From NCBI GenBank assembly GCA_964545155.1, contig CAZJEX010000012.1:18270-82269 (forward strand): 64,000 bases of DNA. Direction: 5' to 3'. A program made the position numbers and the translations under genes. Source of the stretch: an uncultured Desulfobulbus sp. (GTDB lineage Bacteria; Desulfobacterota; Desulfobulbia; Desulfobulbales; Desulfobulbaceae). Positions 1-9,454 of the stretch are shown one piece after another (positions within the stretch are counted from its first letter, which is position 1; every line of letters begins with the position of its first letter). Under the pieces are notes generated by a model. It searched no databases, had not been told where the DNA came from, and saw only the letters and a list, made by a program, of their open reading frames with translations.

Positions 1-381
1 TTTGCGGCCCAACGCGCCCTGCCTGACGATCTGCGCCGGATGGAAGATATTCTGGTCGGCATGGAGCGCAATCTGGAGGGTCGACTCCCCTCCGAAGACC
101 TGGACGCCAACCTCCATATCGTGATCGCCCGGGCCACCCACAACATCGTCTGGCTGCATCTGATGCAGTCTATTTTCGATGCCATGAAGGAATTCCAGCG
201 CGGTGTCTGGCGGGCAGTCTATTTGACCGCTGAAGACCATCAATTGCTGTACAAGCATCATTCCGCCATCGTCACCGCTATTCGGACCAGGGATGCCGAC
301 GGCGCCCGTGAGGCGATGATGCATCACCTCGACTTTGCCGAAAAGCGTAGTATTGCCTATGTAGTGGGTCAGCCCTCCTGA
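1..381 (+). CDS. GntR/FadR-family transcriptional regulator, C-terminal FCD ligand-binding domain (partial, 5' end off-window)
   Basis: The reading frame is open from base 1, in the same frame as ORF 40..381. The helical FCD-type sequence (HIVIARATHNIVWLHLMQ...LLYKHHSAIVTAIRTRDADGAREAMMHHL) resembles GlcC/LldR/PdhR-like regulators. It lies directly upstream of glcD/glcF-like genes. Confidence 0.7.
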   Translation, partial: FAAQRALPDDLRRMEDILVGMERNLEGRLPSEDLDANLHIVIARATHNIVWLHLMQSIFDAMKEFQRGVWRAVYLTAEDHQLLYKHHSAIVTAIRTRDADGAREAMMHHLDFAEKRSIAYVVGQPS

Positions 382-693
382 TACCTGTTCGCCACGGGCC
401 TTTTTTCTTCAACAACGGTGGTTCTCCGCCACGCTGCCTGTCTGTTTCCGCAGGCTTGGCAGGGTCGTGTCTCGCCCGGTCGTTTCCTTTGCGGCCCCTT
501 TCCAGGGGATTTTTCCAGACTGCCTTTTCCTAAGATGCTGTTGCTGGGGGGTATCCGTTAAATTTTATTTGACAGATAACTTTCCAAATGATAATTGGTA
601 AGACAACAGTACCGCGGCAATTGGACTGATCGCTGCGGCCGCACCTGGCGAATTGACAGTAATCAGCATAACAGCGCAAGTAAGGAGAACAGC

Positions 694-2088
694 ATGCTTG
701 AGAAGACGATCATTGAACAACTCGAAGCCGTAGCGGGCAAAGAAAACGTCCTGACCGGCAAGGTCGACCTGGTGGCCTACAGCTACGATGCCACCGCCGA
801 TCTGCCCCGGCAATCCCCGGATGTGGTGGTTCTGCCGACCAGCGCCGAGATGGTCCAGGCTATCGTCGATCTGGCCCGCAGCAACAAAATTGCCATCTAT
901 CCGCGGGGGGCAGGAACCAATCTCAGCGGCGGCACCGTGCCGCTTAAAAAAGGCATTGTGCTCTCGTTTCAAAAAATGAATAAAATTCTTGATGTCGATG
1001 CCGCAAATCTCACGGCCGTGGTCCAGCCCGGAGTGGTGATTGCCGCCCTCAATGCCGCGGTCGCGCCCCATGGCCTGATTTACCCTCCCGATCCAGGCAC
1101 GGTAGCCACCGCCACCATGGGCGGTTCGGCCGCCGAGAATTCCGGCGGCCTGCGCGGGCTCAAATACGGCGTCACCAAGAATTACATCATGGGTATGGAA
1201 GTGGTGCTGGCCAACGGCGAGAAAGTCCGTTTCGGCGGCAAGACCGTCAAAAACGTCACGGCCTATGATTTCTCCAATCTTTTTGTCGGCTCCGAGGGGA
1301 CACTGGGCATCATCACCGAACTGACCGCCAAGCTGATTCCGGCGCCTAAATATCGCCGCACCCTGATGGGCATATTCAAAACGCTTGTCGATGCCGGCAA
1401 CGCGGTGGCCGGTATCATCGCTGCCCAGGTGATCCCCGCCACCCTGGAAGTTATGGATCGGATGACCATCCAGACGGTCGAGGATTTCGCCCATATCGGC
1501 CTGCCCACCGATGCCGCCGCCCTCTTGTTGATCGAGGTCGACGGCATGTCTGAAGAGGTCGTCAATGCCGAGGCCGAGGCGGTCATGCAGGTGGTCACCG
1601 ACAATCACGGCGACCTCAAGGCCGCCAATACCGACCAGGAACGCGACCAGCTGTGGACCGCTCGCCGCAATGCCCTGCCTGCCTTGGCTTCGCTCAACAA
1701 CACAGTCGTGCTTGAGGATGCCACCGTGCCCCGTTCGCGGATCACCGACATGCTGGTCGCCTGCGAGGCCATAGGCAAGAAATACAATCTGACGCTTGGC
1801 ACTTTCGGCCATGCCGGCGACGGCAATCTCCACCCCACCATTCTCTGCGACAAGCACAATAAAGAAGAACTCGGCCGGGTCCATCTGGCGGTCGACGAAA
1901 TCTTCAAGGTGGCCTTAAGTTTCGGCGGTACGCTTTCCGGCGAACACGGCATCGGCGTGGCTAAAATGAAGTATCTGGGCGATGAACTTGGCCAGAGCGG
2001 GCTCAATCTGATGCGCAGCATCAAGGAATCCCTTGACCCGGAATATGTGCTTAATCCGGGCAAAATGGTGCCCCTGCGGGAGGTCTGA
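694..2088 (+). CDS. glcD: FAD-linked oxidase, GlcD-type subunit of glycolate/D-lactate dehydrogenase
   Basis: ORF 595..2088. The preferred start is ATG 694 (MLEKTIIEQLEAV), preceded by AAGGAG at 682-687. FAD-binding-type motifs are IYPRGAGTNLSGG, VQPGVV and C-terminal GGTLSGEHGIG. Confidence 0.8.
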   Translation: MLEKTIIEQLEAVAGKENVLTGKVDLVAYSYDATADLPRQSPDVVVLPTSAEMVQAIVDLARSNKIAIYPRGAGTNLSGGTVPLKKGIVLSFQKMNKILDVDAANLTAVVQPGVVIAALNAAVAPHGLIYPPDPGTVATATMGGSAAENSGGLRGLKYGVTKNYIMGMEVVLANGEKVRFGGKTVKNVTAYDFSNLFVGSEGTLGIITELTAKLIPAPKYRRTLMGIFKTLVDAGNAVAGIIAAQVIPATLEVMDRMTIQTVEDFAHIGLPTDAAALLLIEVDGMSEEVVNAEAEAVMQVVTDNHGDLKAANTDQERDQLWTARRNALPALASLNNTVVLEDATVPRSRITDMLVACEAIGKKYNLTLGTFGHAGDGNLHPTILCDKHNKEELGRVHLAVDEIFKVALSFGGTLSGEHGIGVAKMKYLGDELGQSGLNLMRSIKESLDPEYVLNPGKMVPLREV

Positions 2089-2090
2089 TC

Positions 2091-3425
2091 ATGGCAACCA
2101 CAACGAATGCTCTATCGGGGCGACCCGAGCAAACCTACCACGACGACCTGGCGATGGTCCGCGAGGAACTCGATAAATGCATGAAATGCGGCAACTGCAT
2201 GGCGGTCTGCCCGGTATACGGAGCCGACAAAATCGAGTCCGCAGTCACCCGCTCCAAGATCGCGGTGGCCGAGGCGGTGCTGGACGGAGAACTCGAACTC
2301 GATGATCCCCAGGTCTCGGAGATGCTGTTCAACTGCCTGGTCTGCAAGAGTTGCATGACCAACTGCCCGACCAAGGTCAATTTCGACCGGATCATGCTGG
2401 CGCTGCGAGCCGCCCTGGTGCGTAAAAACGGCCTGCCCTGGCTGAAGCGGATGATTTTCTCCACCTTGAAGCACCCGCGATTGTTCGATGCGGGCCTCCG
2501 GGTCGGTGCGGCCTTGCAGCCGTTGGTTTTCCGGGGCGAAAAGGGCGGCAAGGCGATCTCGCCCCGGTCGCCCTTCGGCCAGGTGGGGGCGGCTATCGGT
2601 TTTGATGGTGAGCGGCAGATGCCGGGTCTGACCGTCACACCTCTGCGCGATCGGGTTCCGGAAGTGGTCAAGGTGGCCTCTGCCAAGATGAAGGTGGCGT
2701 TTTTCACCGGTGATTCTCTGAATTATTTTTATCCCGATGCCGGCATGGACCTGATCGAGGTGCTCAGCGCCAACGACATCGAGGTCCACATTCCCAAATC
2801 CCAGTCCTGCTGCGGTGTGCCGGTCCTGGTCCATGGCGATGTCGACACGGTCCGGGCCCTGGCCCGCAACAACCTCGACACCTTCGACCAAACCGGTTGC
2901 GAGTATCTGATTACCGGTTGCGGTTCCTGCGGCGGGGCCTGGCAGCACGATTATGCCGAGCTGATGGCCGCGGACCCGGTTTACGGCCCAAGGGCCGAGT
3001 ACTGGGCGCAGCGGACCTATGATATCTCGACCTTCCTCACCCGGGTGGTCAAGCTCAGGCCGTCCAAGGGCCGGGTAGACAGGGTGGTAACCTATCACGA
3101 CTCCTGCCATCTGAAGAAATCGATGAAGGTCTTTGCCGAGCCTCGCGAAATTCTCAAAGGCATTCCCGGCATCACCTTCAAGGAGATGTCGGCCCCCGAT
3201 GCCTGCTGCGGCAGCGGTGGTTCTTATGTCCTGTCGCATTATGAAACGTCCTCAGCCATCGGTCGGAAAAAAGCCGAGGATATCAAGCGCACCGCAGCCG
3301 ATACGGTTTCGGTGGGCTGTCCCGCCTGCATGATGCAGCTCTTGGACAATGTCCACCGCGCCGACGGCCAGCAGGAAGTTGTCCACTATATCTCCCTGCT
3401 GGCGGAGTCGTACCGTAAGGAATAA
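2091..3425 (+). CDS. glcF: Fe-S / CCG-domain subunit (GlcF / GlpC / HdrD-like) partnering the GlcD-type oxidase
   Basis: There are two ferredoxin-type clusters (CMKCGNCMAVCP, CLVCKSCMTNCP). Two cysteine-rich CCG-type regions follow (SCCGVP, GCGSCGG, HDSCHL, CCGSGGS, GCPACMMQ). The gene starts 3 nt after the glcD stop. Confidence 0.8.
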   Translation: MATTTNALSGRPEQTYHDDLAMVREELDKCMKCGNCMAVCPVYGADKIESAVTRSKIAVAEAVLDGELELDDPQVSEMLFNCLVCKSCMTNCPTKVNFDRIMLALRAALVRKNGLPWLKRMIFSTLKHPRLFDAGLRVGAALQPLVFRGEKGGKAISPRSPFGQVGAAIGFDGERQMPGLTVTPLRDRVPEVVKVASAKMKVAFFTGDSLNYFYPDAGMDLIEVLSANDIEVHIPKSQSCCGVPVLVHGDVDTVRALARNNLDTFDQTGCEYLITGCGSCGGAWQHDYAELMAADPVYGPRAEYWAQRTYDISTFLTRVVKLRPSKGRVDRVVTYHDSCHLKKSMKVFAEPREILKGIPGITFKEMSAPDACCGSGGSYVLSHYETSSAIGRKKAEDIKRTAADTVSVGCPACMMQLLDNVHRADGQQEVVHYISLLAESYRKE

Positions 3426-3478
3426 ACCGCGGTGAACGCGCCCTGCGGATGTCTGGTCAGGCACCGGAATTATGGCTT

Positions 3479-3524
3479 GCGAGGGCGATCTTCTGGCGGT
3501 ATATTTTTTGGGGATCGCCCTTGC
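3479..3524 (+). other. Imperfect inverted repeat / hairpin downstream of the glcF-like gene
   Basis: GCGAGGGCGATC (3479-3490) pairs with GATCGCCCTTGC (3513-3524) at 11 of 12 positions around a 22-nt loop containing a T-run. It may be a terminator or attenuator; this is unverified. Confidence 0.3.
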
Positions 3525-3676
3525 TTTCCTCCGGCCCCAAGCTGGCATGGTGAGGATCTCAAAGGGCTTTCTTGATCAGGAGTGGACTCAACTGCTGGGT
3601 TGGTTGTGCTGGCGGCAATCGCCGGCATGACCACCTTGAGCAACGTTTTCGATTAATGGAGAGTAAAGGAGTTCGT

Positions 3677-4531
3677 ATGCAGATTGGATTTATCGGCCTG
3701 GGTCATCTGGGCAAAGCGATCGCCGGCAGGCTTATCGATTGTCAACATTCGTTGACGGTTTGGAATCGGTCGGCGGAAAAAACCGAAGGCTTGCAGGCGG
3801 TCGTCGCCTCATCACCGGCTGAGGCGGCCCGGGGGGCCGAGATTATCAACCTCTGTCTGTTCGACAGCGCCGCGGTTCGCACGGTGTTCACCCAGGAGAA
3901 CGGGCTGTTGAGCACCGATCTCCACGGCAAGATCATCATCGACCACACCACCAACCATTTCCGGGATGTGCTCGCCTTTCACGATCTCTGTGCCCAGGCC
4001 GGGGCGATCTACCTGGAGGCGCCGGTGCTCGGCAGTGTCGTGCCCGCCACCCAGGGGGCCTTGACCGTCCTGGTCAGCGGCAAGAAAGAGGGGTTTACCA
4101 GGGCCGAACCGGTGCTGGCCCAAATCGGCAAGCATCTGTTCCATTTGGAAGCGCCGGGAATGGCCACCAAAATGAAATTGATCAACAATCTCGCCCTGGG
4201 TAGCATCATGGCCACCCTGGCCGAAACCGTTGCTTTCGGCGAAAGCGCCGGGATCGACAAGGCCATGGTTATTGATATTCTCAATGTCGGCGGCGGCCAA
4301 TCGCTGGTACTAAACGCCAAACGCGCCAAACTCCTGTCCGAGGATTTTTCGCCGCATTTTTCCAATGGCTTGATCTACAAGGATCTGCATTGCCTCCAGG
4401 ATTTCGCCTACGAGCAGAAATTACCGCTGTTCACCGGGGCCGTGACCAAGGAACTCTTTGGCCGCGCCATTGCAGAAGGGATGGAATCGCTCGATTTTTC
4501 TTCGGTCTACAAATTGTTCAAGCGCCCCTGA
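3677..4531 (+). CDS. NAD(P)-dependent 3-hydroxyacid dehydrogenase (HIBADH / tartronate-semialdehyde reductase family)
   Basis: ORF 3572..4531. The preferred start is ATG 3677 (MQIGFIGLGHLGKAIAGRL, a Rossmann GxGxxG) after AAAGGAG. Family-typical blocks are DAPVLG-like APVLGS and KLINNLALG. Confidence 0.75.
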   Translation: MQIGFIGLGHLGKAIAGRLIDCQHSLTVWNRSAEKTEGLQAVVASSPAEAARGAEIINLCLFDSAAVRTVFTQENGLLSTDLHGKIIIDHTTNHFRDVLAFHDLCAQAGAIYLEAPVLGSVVPATQGALTVLVSGKKEGFTRAEPVLAQIGKHLFHLEAPGMATKMKLINNLALGSIMATLAETVAFGESAGIDKAMVIDILNVGGGQSLVLNAKRAKLLSEDFSPHFSNGLIYKDLHCLQDFAYEQKLPLFTGAVTKELFGRAIAEGMESLDFSSVYKLFKRP

Positions 4532-4559
4532 GGTGCCGGACGGTTGCTGATCCATGCAG

Positions 4560-4590
4560 TTCTCCGGGAAGGACCATCTTTCCCGGAGAA
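4560..4590. other. Hairpin between convergent genes
   Basis: TTCTCCGGGAA..TTCCCGGAGAA is an inverted repeat between the stop of the reductase gene and the stop of the response regulator gene. No clear U-tract is present on either strand. Confidence 0.35.
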
Positions 4591-4607
4591 CGCATAGGTG
4601 GGAAAAA

Positions 4608-4970
4608 TCACTGCAGCAATGAAGCAATCGCTTCCTTGATGGCCTCGGTGGAATCGAGTTTGTCGATGATACCGACCGAACTGAGAGCGCTGGCGCGCAG
4701 GTGCAGTTGCGAATCCTGGTACCCGGTGAAAAAAAGGATGGGGATTTCCTCTATCTCTTTGATGCGCCCCGCTGTTTCGATCCCATCCATAACGCCGTCG
4801 AGACTGATGTCCATCAGGATGGCGTCCGGCCGCTCGTTCTGAACCGCCCGTACCGCCGCCTCGCCGCTGGTCACCACCTTGGTGACCTTGCAGCCCATCT
4901 CCCTGACATATTCGGCCAGCATCAGGCCAATCAATTTTTCATCTTCGACAATCAGTATTTTTTTAACCAT
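4608..4970 (-). CDS. Single-domain response regulator (CheY-like receiver)
   Basis: KILIVEDE acidic pocket, phospho-acceptor context PDAILMDISL, 120 aa, and no output domain. Confidence 0.85.
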   Translation of the reverse strand: MVKKILIVEDEKLIGLMLAEYVREMGCKVTKVVTSGEAAVRAVQNERPDAILMDISLDGVMDGIETAGRIKEIEEIPILFFTGYQDSQLHLRASALSSVGIIDKLDSTEAIKEAIASLLQ

Positions 4971-5329
4971 GCGCTGGTTCTTGGCATTGGGATCGGGGCT
5001 GGCGACGACTCGGGCAAATCGAGGTCCAGGTCAAGGTAACATCACACCATCGCAGAGAAAAATGGCGGGGTCAAGGGCTATTGTTGGTTGGTCGCGTTTC
5101 TTTGGCACCGGTGAACGTTGGCAAAATAGAGATATTTGACCGGTGGGAAGAGAAGATTTTCGTGGACGGGTGGAAAATGAGGTATATTCTTTTCCAAAAA
5201 GATTGATGTTCAAGCAGCCGTCACCCTAGGTCAGCGAGGTGCAAGGTCGTCTCCCGCCGGCGAAGGAACGCCTGCAGCCGTGTCGGCTCGTAGGGGCCAC
5301 GGTCATTTAACCCTTGAGGAGACTCTCCT

Positions 5330-6613
5330 ATGACAACCCAACGTCGGTATGGTTTCACCACCCGCCAACTCCACGCCGGTCAGACCGTCGATCCCGGTAC
5401 CGGCAGCAGAGCCGTGCCCTTGTATCAGACCACCTCGTATCTTTTTAAGAGTTCGCAGCACGCGGCCGATCTGTTCGCCCTCAAGGAGTTTGGCAATATT
5501 TACACCCGGATCATGAATCCGACCACCGATGTCCTGGAGCGGCGGGTTGCCGATCTGGAGGGCGGAATCGGCGGGTTGGCAGCCGGCAGCGGCCACGGCG
5601 CCCAGACGCTCGCCTTCCTTACCCTTTGCGAGAGCGGCGACCATATTGTCGCCAGCAGTCAGTTGTACGGCGGCACCTACAACCAGTTGCGCTATACGCT
5701 GCCGCGACTGGGCATCTCGGTGAGTTTTGCCGATCCCTCCGATCCGGATTCCTTTGTGCGGGCCATCCAGCCCAACACCCGGCTGATCTACGGCGAGACC
5801 CTGGGTAATCCCAGTCTGACCCTGTTTCCCTTTACGGAGGTCGCCGCCATAGCCCAGGCGCATGGACTGCCCCTGATCATCGACAACACCTTGGCCACTC
5901 CCTATCTCTGCCAGCCGATTGAATGGGGCGCCAACATCGTCACCCACAGCACCACCAAATTTCTCAACGGCCATGGGACCTGTCTCGGCGGCCTGCTGGT
6001 GGATGCGGGCAATTTTGATTGGACCAGCGGTCGGTTCAAAGGATTTACCGAGCCAGACCCCTCCTACCATGGCCTGGTCTACAGCAGTCTTGGCCCGCCG
6101 GCTTTTATCCTCAAAGCGCGGGTGCAGGTGCTGCGGGATATCGGGGTGAGCGCCTCGCCCTTTAACAGCTGGCTGACCGTGCAGGGGGTCGAGACCCTCA
6201 GTCTGCGGATGGAACGACATGTCCATAACGCCCAGCGGGTCGCGGAATTTCTTGAGGAGCATCCCCAGGTCGCCTGGGTTTCCTATCCCGGCCTGACCAG
6301 CCACCCCAGCTATCAGCGTGCCAAACAGTACATGCCCAAAGGGCCTGGGGCGATTGTCGCCTTTGGCATTCGAGGCGGTCGGGAGGCGGGGCAGCGATTC
6401 ATCGACGGGCTGCAATTGTTCAGCCATGTCGCCAATGTCGGCGATGCCAAAAGCCTCGCCATCCATCCGGCGAGCACGACCCACAGCCAGTTGAGCGAGG
6501 AGGAGATGCGCCGGTCCGGGGTGAGTGCGGATCTGGTCCGTTTAAGCGTGGGCTTGGAGGATATCGAGGATTTGCTCTGGGATTTGGATCAGGCCTTGGC
6601 CGTCGGCCGCTGA
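5330..6613 (+). CDS. metY: O-acetylhomoserine sulfhydrylase (PLP-dependent)
   Basis: N-terminus FTTRQLHAGQ..DP.TGSRAVPLYQTTSY, PLP-lysine block HSTTKFLNGHG, and C-terminus LVRLSVGLEDIEDLLWDLDQAL. An SD sequence GAGGAG precedes the ATG. Confidence 0.9.
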   Translation: MTTQRRYGFTTRQLHAGQTVDPGTGSRAVPLYQTTSYLFKSSQHAADLFALKEFGNIYTRIMNPTTDVLERRVADLEGGIGGLAAGSGHGAQTLAFLTLCESGDHIVASSQLYGGTYNQLRYTLPRLGISVSFADPSDPDSFVRAIQPNTRLIYGETLGNPSLTLFPFTEVAAIAQAHGLPLIIDNTLATPYLCQPIEWGANIVTHSTTKFLNGHGTCLGGLLVDAGNFDWTSGRFKGFTEPDPSYHGLVYSSLGPPAFILKARVQVLRDIGVSASPFNSWLTVQGVETLSLRMERHVHNAQRVAEFLEEHPQVAWVSYPGLTSHPSYQRAKQYMPKGPGAIVAFGIRGGREAGQRFIDGLQLFSHVANVGDAKSLAIHPASTTHSQLSEEEMRRSGVSADLVRLSVGLEDIEDLLWDLDQALAVGR

Positions 6614-6645
6614 GCGGGCAACCGGGCTGGAAGCGGGCAGGGCGA

Positions 6646-7611
6646 TTATCGGCCGGGCTGGCGGGAAGTTCCTCTGCTCGCATCGGTGCAGTCGGTGGCG
6701 ACCGAACACCCGTCTTTGGATTCAAGGCCGGGAATAATGGCCTGGGCGGCGGGGACGGCCGAAGCACCGGATGGTCCGCCGGTCTCGGCGAGGCCTGGCT
6801 TGCCAAGATGGGCCAGGATGGCCGTTTCGCCTTGGCGGATCGACAAGCCTTCGGGAGTGCGGGTGATCAGCACCGGAATCTGATCGATGCCCAGCGCGGT
6901 CAGCAAGGCTTTGTTGCTTGCCGGGGCATGGCTTGGGTTGCGGGTAATTTTAGGGAGGTCCAGTTCCTTGATCCGATCGATGGGGTTGAAATGCACTGTC
7001 GGCCGGTCATTGATTTTGAGTGAGGTGATGACTCGTTCGCAATGGGCGCAGGTGGAGGAGAAAAAAAGAAAATTTTCTGCCGTACGCGCCGTTCCCGGCC
7101 TGGTGGCCAAGACGCCGGTCTTGAAGGCCTGCTCCCCGGTCTTGATCTGGTTGAATTCCAGGCTGGCAAAGGCCAGGGAAACAACCCCGAAAATGAAGAG
7201 CCCGGGGACCGCTTGCTTGAAGCCGATCAACAGGTTGAGCACAAGGATACAGGCGAAGATGCCGAGGCAATAGGCACAGAAGGCCTGCGCCACCAAATAT
7301 TGAAAACTGATCAGCACCCCCTCCACCGCGATGCCGGCAAGAAGCAGGGTCTTGACGAACTGCGGCAGCCGGCGTGGTTCGTTGCGCGATGCCCGTAATC
7401 CCCAAAAAATGGCTTGAAAGAATGCCAGGCCGACCAGATTGAAGACCAGGGGCGAAACCTTGGTCAGTTGTTCCACCACCTTGCAGCCCTCGTTGAGGCA
7501 AAAAGAAGTGCCCTGGTAGAGGGTAAAACCAATCTGGCCCGCAATCAGCAGGCTGGCGAGCAGGGCGATGGGCTGGGCCAACTGCAGGGCTTTACTTTTT
7601 TTATTCAGCAT
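6646..7611 (-). CDS. VKOR-like membrane oxidoreductase fused to a thioredoxin-like domain (DsbB-replacing disulfide system candidate)
   Basis: ORF 6646..7704, with the preferred start at MLNKKSK (7611). There are four to five hydrophobic helices, a loop Cys pair (FCLNEGC) and an in-membrane CAYC motif. The C-terminal soluble domain carries STCAHC (CxxC). Confidence 0.55.
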   Translation of the reverse strand: MLNKKSKALQLAQPIALLASLLIAGQIGFTLYQGTSFCLNEGCKVVEQLTKVSPLVFNLVGLAFFQAIFWGLRASRNEPRRLPQFVKTLLLAGIAVEGVLISFQYLVAQAFCAYCLGIFACILVLNLLIGFKQAVPGLFIFGVVSLAFASLEFNQIKTGEQAFKTGVLATRPGTARTAENFLFFSSTCAHCERVITSLKINDRPTVHFNPIDRIKELDLPKITRNPSHAPASNKALLTALGIDQIPVLITRTPEGLSIRQGETAILAHLGKPGLAETGGPSGASAVPAAQAIIPGLESKDGCSVATDCTDASRGTSRQPGR

Positions 7612-7784
7612 TGGGTTCCGGCGTTTGGTCTGGCAGGGGGCGGCAGCAATCCGGGCGTGAAGCACAAAGTGGCTGCAACGTTGAAGTTCTTTATAATGAT
7701 CCATTCTCCGGTCTGTGTCAACTCTCCTGGCTGATGCTGCGCTGCAGGGGCGATATTATGCCTCGTTGGCCGTTGATGCCGGAC

Positions 7785-8666
7785 TCAGGAGGTGGCGGCC
7801 AATGCCTGTCGATAGAGGGCCTCGGCCTGGTAGGAACTGCGGACAAAGGGGGCGGCGGCCACCGCCGAAAATCCCAGGGCCAGCGCTTCTTCGGCCATGG
7901 CCTCGAAGGCTTCGGGCGGGACGAATCGGGCCACCTCCAGGTGCGCCTTGGAGGGCTGCAGGTATTGGCCGATGGTGAGGATGTCGCAACCGGCCTGGCG
8001 GAGATCGCCAAACAGTTGGGAGAGCTCGCTCCCGGTTTCACCCAGCCCCGCCATGATTCCGGATTTGGTCACAACCCCGGGGGCTATGGCCTTGCTCCGG
8101 AGCACCAGTTCCAGGCTGCGCCGATAGCGTGCCTCGGGCCGCACCTGCGGGTAGAGCCGTGCCACGGTTTCAAGGTTATGGTTGAGGACATCCGGACCGC
8201 TGGCCAGTACCATCTCCAAGGCCTGCTGGTCGCCCTGGAGATCGGGGATCAGCACCTCGATCAGGGTGTGGGGATTGTGTGCCCGGATGGCCCGGATGGT
8301 GGCGGCGAAATGGGCGGCCCCGCCATCGTCAAGGTCGTCGCGGGTCACCGAGGTGATGACGCTATAACGCAGGCCCAGCGCAGCGATGGCCGCAGCCACC
8401 CGCGTCGGTTCCTCCGCATCGGGCGGCCCGGCCGCGCCATGGCCGACTGCGCAGAACCGGCAGTTGCGGGTGCATTGCTCGCCCAGGATCATGAAGGTGG
8501 CCGTACCCTTGGCAAAACATTCGAATTGATTGGGACACATGGCCTCCTGGCAGACTGTGGTCAACCGTTGCGCTTTGATCAGGTGGCGGATGCGTTCATA
8601 CTCGGGCCCGGTGGGCAGCTTGCGCCGCAGCCAACGGGGTTTTGCCGGGGTCGGTCGGATGGTCAT
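7785..8666 (-). CDS. lipA: Lipoyl synthase (radical SAM)
   Basis: CPNQFEC auxiliary-cluster motif and radical-SAM CTRNCRFC. An ATGA start/stop overlap links it to the upstream lipB. Confidence 0.92.
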   Translation of the reverse strand: MTIRPTPAKPRWLRRKLPTGPEYERIRHLIKAQRLTTVCQEAMCPNQFECFAKGTATFMILGEQCTRNCRFCAVGHGAAGPPDAEEPTRVAAAIAALGLRYSVITSVTRDDLDDGGAAHFAATIRAIRAHNPHTLIEVLIPDLQGDQQALEMVLASGPDVLNHNLETVARLYPQVRPEARYRRSLELVLRSKAIAPGVVTKSGIMAGLGETGSELSQLFGDLRQAGCDILTIGQYLQPSKAHLEVARFVPPEAFEAMAEEALALGFSAVAAAPFVRSSYQAEALYRQALAATS

Positions 8667-9454
8667 GGCAGGGCTTCAAGGGTTGAGGAAAGGGTGAGCA
8701 GGAGGTCGGCGTCCATGGGCTGCAGTACCACCGCAAAGATTTGGGCCAGATGGATTTGCAGCCGTCTGAGGACCTCGTCTATGGCGCAGGCCGCCCCGCG
8801 CTCCTGGGCCAGCGAGGTCATGCCGATATCCCGCAGGCCGCAGGGATTGATCCAGGCAAAGGGGGCCAGATCAACGTTGACGTTGAGGGCCAGGCCGTGG
8901 AAGCTGATCCCGTGGCGGATGGCGATGCCGATGCTGCCCAGTTTGTTGTTGCCCACCCAGACACCGTGGTTGCGCCCGTCGCGCCCGGCGCTCACCCCGA
9001 AATCACCGGCTAACCGCCGCATGACCTCTTCCAGCCGATACACATATTCGCCGACCCCCAATCGGGCCCGGCGCAGGTCGATGATCGGGTAGACCACCAG
9101 CTGGCCCGGACCGTGATAGGTGATTTCGCCGCCCCGTTCGATGGGCACCAGGCCGATGTCGCGGTTGGCCAGGAAGGCCTCGCTCACCCCCAGGTGTTCC
9201 CTGCCGCCCCGGCGGCCCAAGGTAAACACCGGCGGATGCTCGACCGCCAGGAACAGGTCGCGGGCGATAGCTCCCCGGCGACGGCGTGCGGCCAGATCGA
9301 CCTGCAAGGCGTAGGTCCGGTCATAGGCCATCTGGCCGAGGTTGCAGAAGTCGGCTGTGCGTCCGTCGATTCCGGGACTGCCTTGGAGGGGTGGGGCGTC
9401 CTTATTGGTCACCGTTTCCGGAGGGCCCGACCAGGCAGGGGCAGCGGGCGGCAA
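8663..9454 (-). CDS. lipB: Octanoyltransferase (lipoyl(octanoyl) transferase)
   Basis: LGQMAYDRTYALQ...LFLAVEHPPVFTLGRRG...RGGEITYHGPGQLVVYPI...KLGSIGI motifs. The start is uncertain: ATG 9454 overlaps the gcvPB 3' end by 53 nt, while the in-frame GTG 9412 overlaps it by 11 nt. Confidence 0.85.
   Translation of the reverse strand: MPPAAPAWSGPPETVTNKDAPPLQGSPGIDGRTADFCNLGQMAYDRTYALQVDLAARRRRGAIARDLFLAVEHPPVFTLGRRGGREHLGVSEAFLANRDIGLVPIERGGEITYHGPGQLVVYPIIDLRRARLGVGEYVYRLEEVMRRLAGDFGVSAGRDGRNHGVWVGNNKLGSIGIAIRHGISFHGLALNVNVDLAPFAWINPCGLRDIGMTSLAQERGAACAIDEVLRRLQIHLAQIFAVVLQPMDADLLLTLSSTLEALP

Noticed and set aside
565-1884. A long ORF (439 aa) antisense to glcD. Similar long antisense ORFs occur at 2112..3239, 5303..6484, 7611..9092, 9342..10748, 11525..12226, 12577..14163, 15303..16037, 18649..19791, 20382..21854, 27262..28476, 44329..45474, 46502..47440, 47759..48805, 52808..53773, 53777..54796, 56680..57759 and 61564..63456.
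   Set aside because: Each lies opposite a gene with clear family motifs. Their translations are Gly/Arg/His/Asp/Pro-rich with no recognisable motifs, which is the usual shadow-ORF artefact of GC-rich DNA.
5098-5120. A sigma54-type promoter, TTGGCACCGGTGAACGTTGGCA.
   Set aside because: TGGCAC is present, but the required TTGC element is not at the N5 spacing; the nucleotides there read AACG. It does not fit the -24/-12 geometry.
5040-5329. An S-box/SAM-I or other SAM/SAH riboswitch upstream of metY.
   Set aside because: The core conserved elements (GAGGGA, GCAACC, AGAUGAG for SAM-I; AGGAGCGCUGC/GGCUCGG for SAH) are absent on the coding strand.
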